The notes beneath the pieces are model-generated. The model made no database searches, was not told the DNA's origin, and was given only the letters and a program-made list of their open reading frames with translations. A DNA stretch of 64,000 nucleotides from Malacoraja senta (taxonomy: Eukaryota), in assembly GCA_038087875.1 (NCBI GenBank), contig CM075990.1, positions 10,106,001 through 10,170,000 of the forward strand. Direction: 5' to 3'. The position numbers were made by a program, and so were the translations under genes. Numbering within the stretch: position 1 is the stretch's first letter; each line of letters begins with the position of its first letter. Positions 1 to 12,347 of this stretch are shown here, piece by piece.

Positions 1-172
1 TCTGATTTCCTCCCAAACTCCAAAGACGTACAGGTTTGTAAGCTAAGTGGCTTGGTAATATTCTAAATTGTCTCTGGTGCGTGTAGGGTAGTGTTATTGT
101 GTTGGAATCGCTGGCTGGCGCGGACTCGGTGGGCCGAAGGGCCCGTTTCCGCATCGTATCTCCAAACTAAAC
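1..172 (+). mobile_element. HE1-like V-SINE, 3' part
   Basis: ttcctccca..ccaaagacgtacagg core and gggccgaagggcc..aaactaaa tail shared with the other copies. Confidence 0.8.
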
Positions 173-453
173 ATGGTTGTTCTGGGCCATACTTCTTCAG
201 CACCACTATCAGAATGATGATAAGGTAGATAGCATTTGCTGTATCCCATGCACACCAATTCTTAGTATCGTGAGAAGGGATTTGGGTTCATTTGTTTCTA
301 TGACGATGCCAAGATAGATCATCTACTTAGCAGCTGCAGGTGAAGAAGGTTGCAAATGCTTCTGCCTTGTTGTTTGCACTCATGCTTCAGGTTAGCATCA
401 TGGAGGAAGGGCCTAGCGCTCCCTATTTTAACAATATTCTGGAGGAGATATAT

Positions 454-545
454 CGAAGGGTCTCGACCTGAGACAACACCCATTCCTTCTCTCCAGAGAT
501 GCTGCCTGTCCTGCTGAGTTACTCCAGCATTTTGTGTCTATCTTC
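454..545 (+). mobile_element. Hammerhead-family single arm, degenerate core
   Basis: gaagggtctcgacctgag..cagagatgctgcctgtcctgctgagttactccagc. Confidence 0.7.
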
Positions 546-637
546 AGTGTATCTGAGAGGATATCAGTGAGGATCAGACTTTTCACTGATTCTCTCACCG
601 CCAGACATCTGTCAGCCATGACGTTCAGGCTACAACA

Positions 638-900
638 GCACAGTGATGCCGCAGTTTGCTCTGCTGATGCACAGCTTCCGTGACCCCAGTTCAATCCTGA
701 CTTTGAGTATTATCAGTGTGGAATTTACACGTTCTCCCTGAGACAGTGTGAATTTGTCCGCAAATGCTCTGGTTTCTTGGAGGATGGAATCGAGGAGGAT
801 TTGATGGGTAAGTGAATATGAACAGGTGGAGGTAAATAAATGGGGGAATAGAACTGATGAGAATGGCAGAACTAGTATAGACTCATTGGGCTGAATGGCC
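638..900 (+). mobile_element. Degenerate V-SINE relic
   Basis: Eroded tRNA-like head (gttcaatcc B-box) and cgttctccctg V-domain. Confidence 0.5.
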
Positions 901-1819
901 AATGGAAATAATTATTGTAATAAAACAAATATAGAGTTCAGTAGAAAGTACACAAGCTGAATCGATGCCTGGAAATTATTGCCTGGTGCATTAACATATC
1001 AATTTTTTTTTGCATATTAGTGAGTCATTGCTTCATTAATTGTTCTCCCACTGGAATTCCCAATGCCAGTGGAAGTTGATTCAATAAGGGAATTGGATTA
1101 TTGATTGAAAACGATGTTGGGGAATGGGAAAAGAGCAGGAAGAGGGTAGATTTAATTGAAACATTTCTATCAAAGATCCAGGACAGGAAAAAAAACAACA
1201 AATGCTCTCCTCTGGATTTTGTTGCTTTATGATTCTCAGAAAATTGATGCAAAACACATTTGATAGTTGTGTCTCTGTGGACTAGAAATTGCTCAAGACT
1301 GAATTTGTTTTACCGGCACTAAAGCGGATAGCAGATGTACGGCATCATCTTGTAACAGTATATACATATATCTTCCAAACTTCAGAGTATCTAAAAGCTT
1401 GTACACATGGTTAAGGAAATTCCTCTGGATCATGCAATTAGTTGAAAACAAACAGCAAGCCTTATTCTTGTGGACCATGTCAAATTACATCTTTATTTGT
1501 GCCTTCTGCTATTCCCAATCATAAAGTCAACTTCAGCAAGAAAAGGCTGTACTTTCAGCTGTTATCACACTCAGCAATTTAATCACCTTATTCATCACCA
1601 CACAACTATTAATAAGAGTTGCTATCAGTCAAGAACTGTAATAACACTTAAGTGTTTTTCTAGGAGCTGAAGCTTAATGCAGCATGTAAACATTAACCAT
1701 GGCTGGTTTAAAAATGCTGAGACAACAGTTTAGCATTCCTTAATGTTGTTCGCCCTGGTTAGGACATATAATTATTTGATACAGATTCACCTACAAAAAT
1801 AAAAAAAGGAACGCAGCCG

Positions 1820-2538
1820 TCTCTTCTCAATTTTTATTATCAGCTGCCTCTGCTGAAGTAATTGAATTGAATTGTTTTACTTATATTGGGGTTAACACAC
1901 ATTGTGTTATATCAGCAGAAAAAACACAAATAAATGGAGGCACAAGAAACTTCAGATGCTGGAATCGAACAATAAACAAAATGCTGGAGGAACTCAGAGG
2001 GTCAGACAGAATCTGTGGATGTAATTAGACAGACAACGTTTCCGATTAGGATTTTTCTTCAGCCTGAAGGACTCTGAAGAAAGATTCTGATCTGAAACAT
2101 TGTCTGCTGATTCCCTCGAAAGATGCTGCCTGACCTGCGGAGTTCCTCCAGTACTTTGTTTTTAGACACAAATAAATCCATGGCAGGAATACATACAGTT
2201 TGCAATTGGTGGCTTGGGGAAATGGCTTCAAATAACCAGGTCTGCAGTTAAGGGCAGCCCACTTCATATAATACAATAAATTACAATGCAGCTGTGGCTC
2301 CTTATATTATGCACGAATATCATGCAAATAATAACTGCAGTATTATGTCTCAAAATTAGCAGATGAATACACAGGTACAAAGACAATGGTAGACAACACA
2401 GGATTTAATACAATTTATACAAAATGTGTTATTAAAATATGAATTAGTTTAAAAAAAGGTAACATTTATAATTGCAAAAAACTGTATAAAAATAAATATT
2501 CTATGTACACACTCCATTCTGAGGTTAGACCATCATCA
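1820..2538 (-). other. COL13A1: Terminal exon: begins TGA TGA (2538-2533) then 3' UTR; 3' end uncertain
   Basis: Strong acceptor ttgcttttctttgcag directly followed by TGATGA; AU-rich UTR; candidate poly(A) signals ATTAAA 2404-2409 and AATAAA 1833-1838 on minus. Confidence 0.75.
1941..2163. mobile_element. Old full hairpin copy of the hammerhead family, in the putative 3' UTR
   Basis: Two inverted diverged arms with cttcag / ctgaaga centres. Confidence 0.65.
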
Positions 2539-3874
2539 CTGCAAAGAAAAGCAAATGTAGGTTAGTTTAAACATCAGCACTTCAAACCAAGGCACCACAG
2601 AACAAGTCAATAAAGGGGAAATTTAATTGAGATGTGAAACAGTCCTTGACATTGAGCCATCTAGAGTCAACTACATATTTATAACCTCAATTATTTGTTA
2701 TTAAAGTTGATCAAATTAGATTATTTTATTTGGGTGAATCTTTCTTTTTAGCCCTGATATTTCTCTCTCCATATTGATTGACTCCCTATTTACCAAATAA
2801 ATAAGCACCTCTCCGAAAATTACTTGAAACAAGTCACACGGAATGTTTTGAATTTATACTATCAAAGAGCTCAGTTTGAGAGTTCACACATTACGGTTCT
2901 CTATATAATGCTCATTACTTTAGTTGGGCTTCAAGATGCTAACCAATAAATGGATGAATGTCAAATGTCAAATATGACAACAGAGCAGTTTACTGGAAGG
3001 GGTTAAACAGTTTTTGTTTCAGGGATCTAGCATGGAATTGATGGGCTAAACAGCCCCTTCATTGCCATGATGATTTGATAATATGTTCATCGTTGCATGT
3101 TTATATTGTATAGAAGAATTTCTAGATTGAGATGATGAATTTGCAGGACATGAAAAATTCTATTTTTGTGAATAAGGCTAATGAATGGTGGCTTCATTTC
3201 AAAGAGCGAGGTTCATTAACACTTTATAATTGCCATTAATAATGTTTTAATAGATGACCTGATAATTCCCATTCAAGTTGCCCTTACATTTATTTTGGTC
3301 TGTTATATTTCTACAATTCTACAATTCCTACCTTTCCTCAACTTCATGGTGCAATCAGCTGATGTTAAATCAACCATTTGCATTTTTAATTAGTTTTTTT
3401 TGTACATTTTGTGGTTATTGTATCTTTCAGAGATGCTGCTGTGTAATTCTGGGTCCAATATGGATTTAAGTGTTTAAACTCAGTATTAAGTAGAAGCAAT
3501 TTTATATCCCAAATTCATGATTAATTGACAGCCATTTCTAAAGGACCCTATTGAAAGAAAATGAGCTGTAATAATATTATTGCCACTGTTAAAGCCTGTT
3601 CACGATTAACAAGAAAATGGTAACAGTGAAAGAATCCTTGCCAAAATCAAATTTCTAAAGCAATGATATAGTAATTGCTGATGATAATGTATTTAACCTG
3701 TGGCATTTGTTTATAGTTCCCAACGAATACAGTAGGAACAGGCTAAGCCATGACCATGCTACACACACTTGTAGCTTCCAATCAATTCAAAGATGAATCA
3801 CTACTCATTCTGATTAGAAAACACACTATAGGGGCAGCACACAAACATGCTCAAATACATTTAACGCTACTTAC

Positions 3875-3913
3875 TTTATTCCAACAGCCCTGTACAGGTA
3901 AACCATCTTCACC
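3875..3913 (-). CDS. COL13A1: Last coding exon (NC4), 39 nt: GEDGLPVQGCWNK
   Basis: Acceptor tacttttag, donor gtaagt; matches the COL13A1 C-terminus. Confidence 0.95.
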
Positions 3914-6900
3914 CTAAAAGTACAAACAGAGAAAATATTTATATATCTTTTCCTTCTTTTGTTTCTATCCAATTTTAATTTTATGTCACCTATTTAAATT
4001 ACTTTCTATATCTGCTTCCCTTGCCACTATTTCTTCACAAATATCTTAACTTGATGGAAAGCACCTTTAAGGAAAGGCAGGAAACTAGAATCAGATCTAG
4101 TGGAGAATTGAAATTGAGATCCAAACTTGGGAACTGTGGCCACTTGACAACTACATATTTTTGTAATTTAAACAACATCTAAATTTATCGGAGGAGTTTC
4201 TTGATCAAGTGTTTACTGAATTGAAATTGGTCGAATGGTTGTCAGCGATTGCATTAAAGTTATACTTTGGAAATGATGACATGCTTGATTGAGATGGGAA
4301 ACATTGTTTATACTAACAATATCTAGCTTGCTGTTCGAGATGGCCCTAGCTGTCCTTGGATACATATCATTGGCTGAATACCTTTGTTGAAATCTTAGCA
4401 TTTTGATTTGAAACTTGAATTCATCTTCCTTAACTAGATAAAACTGAAATGAAATCTTGTAAGTGCATCTTGCTTGGCAGTAGTAAAAAAATACCACCAA
4501 TCAATTCAGCACTAGAATCACAACTAACCTAGTCTGATTGTTAAATGGAGATTAAATTATATTAACACCAATATGGATTTAATTACTTTACCACAGTATC
4601 CTTTTAGATTCAACTAATACCTCAGCTCCTGTTTTGCCAGGGAGAAAACAGGGATGATATTTATGGCTATATTACATATTTCTAGCCTTGGTGGAAACAT
4701 GGTAATAAACACACATAATCTCTTCAATCAGACATGTCAACATTCATCTCAACATTGCGCAGGCATGGAAAATGTTGCATCGTAACCATTATTACATCAA
4801 CCTCCATGCATTTTGATTCCTGGAATTTTTTATTCTTTCTCCTTCTCTCCCGACACCACCCCTCCTTTCTCTTCCCAACCTCCCCCCCCCCCCCCCCCCC
4901 CGCACCCTCCATTCCCCCTCTCCCAACCCCCTCACCAACCCACAATTCCACTCAACTAATTATAGGAGCTCTTCCAGTTCTTAATCCCAGAAATGTAAAA
5001 TAAAACTTATTAGGAACATAAAAAATTGCTGATATGATCAGCAGATCAGGAAGCCTGTGTGGACAGAGAGCCAGAGTTAATGTTTTGGGCTGATGGTCGT
5101 CTGATGGAGGATCATTGACCTGAAATGCTAACTCTGTTCCTCACCTTCATCTTTATCATCTTACTGATCTTATTTATCTGATTCTTGATCTTGTTCATCT
5201 GCCACATTTGCCATGCAAGGTCTTCTCAAATAACAAGACTATCGCCAGTGGCAAAACTTGGAGATGTCTTCTGTGATATTATTGAATGTTAACATTTTTT
5301 AAAGACTTTATGTCTGCCCAGCTTCACATATTCTTTAACTTGGTGAATACAATAATAGCATTCTACATTGTTATAGAACAGTATATTAATGCTGTGATTT
5401 ATACAATCCTCCAAGATAGCTAGATGGTACACATGGGCAGGACTGCTTCAAATAGTAAACTCAACAGTGAAGGAGTGATTTTGAGCTCTCAATGCCCTTT
5501 ATTCAGTTAGCAAATTTTCCTTTACAAACCATTATATCAAATACTATGCATCGAAAGTCAATGAAACCAAGTCTGTATCCACTGGAAAGCTGTCATTCAG
5601 CATAGAGTTTAATCAAATAATCTAGAAATGATTGCTGATATGCACTAAATAGATTCCTCGTATACTCTTGCATCTGCTATTTTAATCTGGCACTAGCCCA
5701 TTTATTTCTAAATGGATTCGGATCATATGACTTGAAAGGAGATACAAAATTCACTTAAGGATTGAAATATTGATACTACCATCATTTTATATCTATATTG
5801 CACAGTTGCCTCAAGCTTTATCTCATTAAACTCTGGCAATAGGTTTTCCAGGCAGTGTTCAGGTTACTGTGAGGCATCAGCATAACAAGTGAGACTTTTG
5901 AAAAGGAAGTCTTTCCTGCCACACTTGGATAGCATAATGGCTCAGATTTCGCTCTCACATTTTCACCTGCTTTGCTTGCTTTCTAAGAAACTAGCAAACC
6001 ACTTGATTATGTAATTGATTCTTAAATTACATGTTTACTGTACCTCATAGATTAAAAATAGTAGATTTACTTATGACTATTCAATTGTAAGCAACATGCT
6101 TTCTTATAAAATATCGATTCCAAATGCAAAAAATTTAAGCAAGCTTTAAAACTAATGGTCATGCATTGCACTGCCTTTGGGAAAAATGGTTCGGTACAAC
6201 TCTTTTTGTAATTAAAACAGGATCAGTATACTTAAAGAAACGATTCACAAAGCTAAATATGTTCTATATTATAGAAAGGATTCTTAGATTACTCTTGGCT
6301 CTTACAAAAATAAATATAATTTGATTTCTCACTGATGCACCATCAATGAGATTTATTTATTTAGGCATAAACATGATTTAAGGTAATTAATATTAACCCA
6401 TTGGTACTCTGTTGTAATGCATTCAGGACAGGGTTTCAGAAAAGTGGCAATTAAGGAAGGGTGGGAAAGGAGTGAGGGATGTTAATTCTTAATTGGTTTT
6501 GAAAAGTGAAACAGGAGCATTGATGTGATAAATAAGAGAGGATTCTGCAAGAGATTTTACTGCAGCAGCATTACATAAGTAAGGGAAATTCAATGGGAAT
6601 GCTTGGCTTTTGAAGTTGCAAGGAAGGACAAAGCCACTAAAATGAAGGTAAACTTTTCCATAGGATATGAGTTAGCGTTGTTTAATTGCCGAGATGTGAG
6701 AATAAATTGCAACTCTGTGCTGCTTTACATGACCTCATGATGTCCTCACGTTCTTCAGCCAGTGGAGCATTTTTGAAGTGCATACTTTATTATAATATAA
6801 GAGAAGCAGCAAGCAATTTGTGCATAGCATGCATCCACAAACAGCAATAAGATAAATGACCAGTATGGGAGAAGGGTTATAAATAGAACAGGGTTATAGA

Positions 6901-7036
6901 TAGGAGGGATTTTAGTGTTGTGCAATATTAATATCTAACTCAAATTCAACTAATTGACAGAATTTTCAGTGATGAATGCTTGTTTTTATCATAGAATTGC
7001 CAGAATCTACTGTCAAAGGACAGAGAGAAATAGAAA

Positions 7037-7166
7037 CTGAAGAACGGTCTCGACCCAAAATGTCACCCATTCCTTCTCTCCAGTGATGTTGCCTGTCCCG
7101 CTGAATTACTCCAGCTTTTTGTGTCTATCTTCAGTTTAAACCAACATCTGCAGTTCTTTCTTACAC
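7037..7166 (+). mobile_element. Hammerhead-family single arm
   Basis: ctgaagaacggtctcgacccaaaatgtc..catctgcagttctttcttacac. Confidence 0.75.
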
Positions 7167-7858
7167 GTCACATTTTTAAATATGTAAAAGGATTAATTTT
7201 CATTATCATAAAACCTTTCACAATTGATTTCCTAAAAATTTTGTTTTTATATCTAAACTTCCTTATAGAGTTCTCTATTAGTATTTTCTTAAGCAATAAC
7301 AGAAATTTTCGGATTACTAACAAGACTATTCATGGACATGGATTAGAAATTAAAGTGTCAACTGTGAAATGTAGGAAACACAAAATAAATATGTATTAAT
7401 CTACATCTACATAGCACTTTCCATATCGTTGTCATGTAGCATTTAGTCAGTGAAGTAGTTTTGAAGTGGAATGAAATCATAGCTGACTGAATAGGTCATT
7501 TGTATGTTACTTGCACTAGGTTTGATTTAATTCACTTTTTGTCTGCAGTTTATGCTGTGAGCTATTCTTGTGTATGGTCTGGAAAAGGGCTCTCTTCATA
7601 AATTGTAAATCGAGCATCATTTGATTTGAGGTATTTTGGTGTATGTCGTCAAATTTGTAGAGAAAAAGAACTGCACAGAACAAATATGTAAAGAATTTCA
7701 AAATGAGCGAATAAGCATATCCATCACTGGATTTCATAGTTTTGTGGGGCTGAAGCAGTACTTTCTTAGGTTGCATTTGAAGTTATTAGTTCACCAGCAT
7801 GCATGAAAGTGGATTACAATGATACACGTGCAGGAAGGGAAGGGATGTAACACCATAC

Positions 7859-7936
7859 CAATGGGCAAGGGGCGTCAAGCCCATCCAGGCCAGGTAAGCC
7901 CGGTTCACCTTTTTCTCCTTTAATGCCTCGAAATCC
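7859..7936 (-). CDS. COL13A1: Alternative COL3/NC4 exon B, 78 nt: [26 protein letters not shown]
   Basis: Acceptor tgtaaacag, donor gtatgg; ORF 7814..8095. Confidence 0.9.
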
Positions 7937-8487
7937 CTGTTTACAAAATGAACTGACTTGGTTAATACAAATGCATCTTGAATCAACTTTCACATAGATG
8001 GAGAAAGGAGGGAGGACATTGGAGCAGACAAGTCGACGTGTGACAAGTGACACGTTATCAGAGATCGTTCTTTCTATGTCCAGTAAGTACCACAAAGGAA
8101 ACTTTGACGCAAACCATCAGACCTGCATTAGACGCACTCACCAATCTTAAGGCCAGAAAAGCTCTTTGACTACTGTTAGGAATTGAGATGGGCCATTGTG
8201 GCAGGCCAAGAATTTCTGACTGTCTTTTGTCACTGGAGAGCAATTGGACCTTGGTTCATGTAGTCCACCATTCAGGTGTAGCTCTGAAACCACATTACGG
8301 TGGCAGCAGACACTCCAGCCAAATGAAGTAGCGTTGTGACCAAGTAACCATATCAATATATGAAAACAGGCTTCAGGTTTGCACTGAAAGAATTCATATC
8401 AGTGGTACCATTGGGCAGGGGTGTGAGTTCCTCCCTTATTTTTCCATTACAATACCTGACATTTTCAACGACATCACGAGAACATAC

Positions 8488-8574
8488 CAATGGACAAGGT
8501 GCATCTAATCCAGGCACTCCTTGGTCTCCCTTATCCCCTTTAGGCCCTTTAGCACCTCTCTTTCCCTTCTCCCC
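8488..8574 (-). CDS. COL13A1: Alternative COL3/NC4 exon A, 87 nt: [29 protein letters not shown]
   Basis: Acceptor tgtttgcag with CTAAT branch-like motif at 8592-8597, donor gtatgt; ORF 8353..8580. Confidence 0.93.
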
Positions 8575-9829
8575 CTGCAAACAATATTTTTATTAGTCAA
8601 AGAACAAGACACTATAGAAAAAAGGGGAGAACAGAACGTTGAATTAACACTTCCCGATTTTAACTCAAATTTGTTTCATTAAAACATTTGCTTCATCATT
8701 GATTAAATTGTTAGGACAGTTATACGTAATTGTAAACCAGTAGCATTAAGTATTTTAAAGGTATGATACTGATGATGTACTAACTTACAGGAGATTGTTT
8801 CTGATAACAGATTGACTGATTAAATAGTCCTTCAGTGTTTGGAAACACTCAGGTACTTTTTCTTGAATTTATGATTCAGTTATTCATTTTTTTGCACAGA
8901 GTATAGTTTTTAGCAAGAAGATACTTTAAAGATGTTTAACGATCAGAATATATTGTTAAAAAATGGAATCTGTACCCTGTTCTGTATTATTTTGAAATTA
9001 GAAAGAGATTACAGTGGGTACTTTATTAAAACTTAAGAGTCTCCTAATAAACATCAAGGAAAATTAGATAATGAATTAGAGGATCAGAATGTTCATTAGT
9101 TTAGGAGAAATTGAGCGGTTATGGACTTGCTCGCACAATGGGATCACTGTCAGGAAGAAGGAAATGCTGTTTCAGGAAGGAGTAAGCAGGATAATTTAGG
9201 ATTAATGTAGAACAGAAGGAAGGGATAAAGGGGGGTAAGGCAGACCTGTTGGAAGGAATAAGAAAACAGAAAAATAGCAAAGTAAAAAGAAGAAAGAATG
9301 CAGTATAATTCAAACATCTACCACATATCACACACATTCCAATTCGCAACACTTTCTTTTGTATATCTGTTTGAATTAGGATTACTTTGCACAATGGCTA
9401 TGAAAAATTAAAAACATTTAAATTGACAATTTCAAATAAAAAGTAATTTTGCCTAAATCAAACAGATACTTTAAAAATTACATCCATCTTTTTAATTAAA
9501 GTGCAGTTGCTCCCTAGATTACACGTAAGACATGGTTAAGGTTGGATATTTTTTATTACTGGCTGTTGATTATTGTAATGGTCTCTACATTGCTGATGAC
9601 AAGGGTAATATTTTCCTCTGATTCGCAAAAACATACAAATCTCTTATTCCAAAAATATTAATTACAAGCTATTGGAATTGCATATACATGTAATTCTTTA
9701 TTTATGTCAGGAGAAACAATAGAAAATTGGACAAATCAGAAATAAATATAATAACACATATGACTCCTCTGGAAGGTTAAATCGTCATGGACCCATGAAG
9801 AGCTCGCTAACAGGGTACCAACTTTGCTT

Positions 9830-10560
9830 AATGGTATAAAACAGATGGTGATGGTGGAAGGTTGCTTTATTGATTTGGAGGCAGATTGTTGTTTGTCATC
9901 GATGTCAATGATTTGGAGGAGAATGTACAAGGCATGATGAGCAAGCCTGCAGATGACACAAACATAGGTGGTATCATAGACAGTGAAGATGGTTATTCAA
10001 GAGTTACAGATGGAGCTTGATCAGCTAGGAAAGTTGACTAAGGGATGGTGTCAAACCAGGACAGCAACTTCAGGACAGCAAACCAGGAATGTAGGGTCCT
10101 GGAGAATGTTGCAGAGCAAAGGGGTCTAGGAGTACCCCTGGTTTACTGAAAGAGGTCTAGGAGTAAATGGTTTCCTGAAAGAGGCAGTGAAGGTAGAAAG
10201 GGTGGTGAAGAAGGCTTTTGGCATGCTGGCCTTCATCAGTCAGGGAATTGAGTGTAGAATATAGACACAAAATGCTGGAGTAACTCAGCAGGACAGGCAG
10301 CATCTCTGGAGAGAAGGAATGATGTTGCATGCCCCACCGAGTTACTCCAGCATTTTGTGTCTATCGCCGGTTTACACCGGCATCTGCAGTTTCTTCCTAC
10401 ACAATTGAGTATAGAAGTCGGGACATAATGTTACAGTTGTACAAGACACTAGTGAGGCTGTAATTGGAATTAAGTGTTCCGTTTTGGTCACCTTGTGATA
10501 GGAAACATTAAGCTGAAAAGGGTTCAGAGAAAATGTATGAGGATGTTGCTAGGACTCATG
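9830..10560 (+). mobile_element. CR1/HER1-type LINE RT 3' relic
   Basis: gcagatgacac (ADDT) and gtgaagaaggcttttggcatgctggccttcatc motifs. Confidence 0.75.
10260..10402. mobile_element. Hammerhead-family hairpin element (core deleted) in a CR1 relic, 14-bp TSD
   Basis: AATTGAGT(G/A)TAGAA at 10246-10259 and 10403-10416; inverted arms gacacaaaatgctggagtaactc / gagttactccagcattttgtgtc. Confidence 0.78.
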
Positions 10561-10977
10561 GGGGCAAATGGAATAAATACAGAGGAAAAACGTTTGGCAT
10601 GGAAGGGGACATGTTTCTGTGTTGCACAACTGATTCCATAATCATCCATTATTCTTCAAGCAAACACCTTCCCAACATTCAGGTGCTATTCTGCCAGAGT
10701 TCTTCCATGGTTAGCCAAACCTGCCCTTGATGAATCTAAAGAAGAAAATAGTTTCTCAACAGCATTTCCCATGAGGGCTTCTCAGATTGAATCAGATACA
10801 ACATTTGTTACTGTTTGCTACATTTTTTGTCTTTTTTTTCTGCGCACCTCCCAAAGGTAACATCCAGAGGAAAATATGGTCCTTGTAAATAAAGCTGATA
10901 CTTTACTTCAATAACTCATGCATATTAGCATAATTGTCCACATAAACGAGACCATGCAGCAGAACATTCATTCTTAC

Positions 10978-11013
10978 CCGGCCTCCCTTTTCACCCGTTG
11001 GTCCTAGTGAACC
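10978..11013 (-). CDS. COL13A1: Collagen exon, 36 nt: GSLGPTGEKGGR
   Basis: Acceptor tcttttcag, donor gtaaga. Confidence 0.9.
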
Positions 11014-11676
11014 CTGAAAAAGACATTAGCAGAGGTCATATTTCTCAAGTTGAGTTAATATGATGCAACACAGTCATCGATAAAACTAAATTTGAAATGA
11101 CTTCACTGATTGGACACCATCTGTGGTCAGCCGGTATTGAAAGTATTACTGATTTAAAAGCAAGAGAGACAGAGCAAGAAACCAGGGGAACATGGTGATC
11201 TTAATTCATCAACATCAGATCGCTTCCAGAGGAGATCTTTATTGACCAGCCAAAGGTTTGCAGATAATAACTATTCAAACCACAGGATGTGGGATATCAA
11301 TCAATTATAACAGTACAGGCATTTGATTACTTTTATTTTGTTCCTCACTTACTGGTGTTGCATCTAAAGAGGTAATTTTCAAACTTTGCCAATCAGGGAC
11401 TGGATTGGAAAGGTAAGGGGGAGGGGGTGGTGCTGGGGCTAACAATCAAAGCACACATGCACTTTCTTATAGACCTGGTAGGCAAATTGGTCGGCTTTGC
11501 CGATCAAAAGTCCATATGAAGATGTATATATGTGGTTTTGCAACCATGGTTTGAATTATACTTTAATCTGAGTTGGATTGATTGAGGAGGGTGCTGATTG
11601 ATAGAATTATAGTTTTCCCAGAAACCCAAACTGGAAGTGATACTCCTAAAAGCTTCACCTGATGATACATATAATC

Positions 11677-11767
11677 CTGAAGAAGGGTCTCGACCCGAAA
11701 CATCACCTATTCCTTCGCTCCATAGATGCTGCCTCACTCGCTGAGTTTCTCCAGCATTTTTGTCTAC
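11677..11767 (+). mobile_element. Hammerhead-core single-arm element with TSD
   Basis: ctgaagaagggtctcgacccgaaacatc; CATATAATC repeated at 11668 and 11768. Confidence 0.78.
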
Positions 11768-12293
11768 CATATAATCTTGAGATAACTTTGACAATAAAGA
11801 CTATTTTGTAGATTTTTTTTAAATGTCATTGGTTTTACCATGTGGTGGGGGATATAAAACACATTCCATACTTACCATGAACCAAACCAATTTTAACTCG
11901 ATACATCTGGCAAGAATTAGGAGTACTTGAATTGGTATCTATATTTTGAACCCACCCAATTTTACTGATCTTCCAAACTATCTGGTTGCAGCATTTGCAC
12001 TTTTTTTAAATCTGAACTTTCTCTAGGTATAACACTATATTCTGCACTCTGCTCCCGTTCCCTTTTTTGCGATACCTGTTGCACCATGTATGGTATAATT
12101 GTTCTCATAAATGATGTGATCTGCCTGGATACCACACAAAACAAAGTATTTCACTGTGTCCTGGTGGACATGACAATAATAAGCCAATAACAAACCAAAC
12201 ACAAATGAAGTATCCTCGAAACTCATATCCCACCAGCTGCATTACTTAAAATTAGACTATTTCAGAACACAACATATTAACCAGCGTCCTTAC

Positions 12294-12347
12294 AAGTAAT
12301 CCCCGTGGTCCCGTTGGTCCTGAAATTCCCATGTCTCCCTTATCGCC
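12294..12347 (-). CDS. COL13A1: Collagen exon, 54 nt: GDKGDMGISGPTGPRGLL
   Basis: Acceptor ttttattttag, donor gtaagg. Confidence 0.92.
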
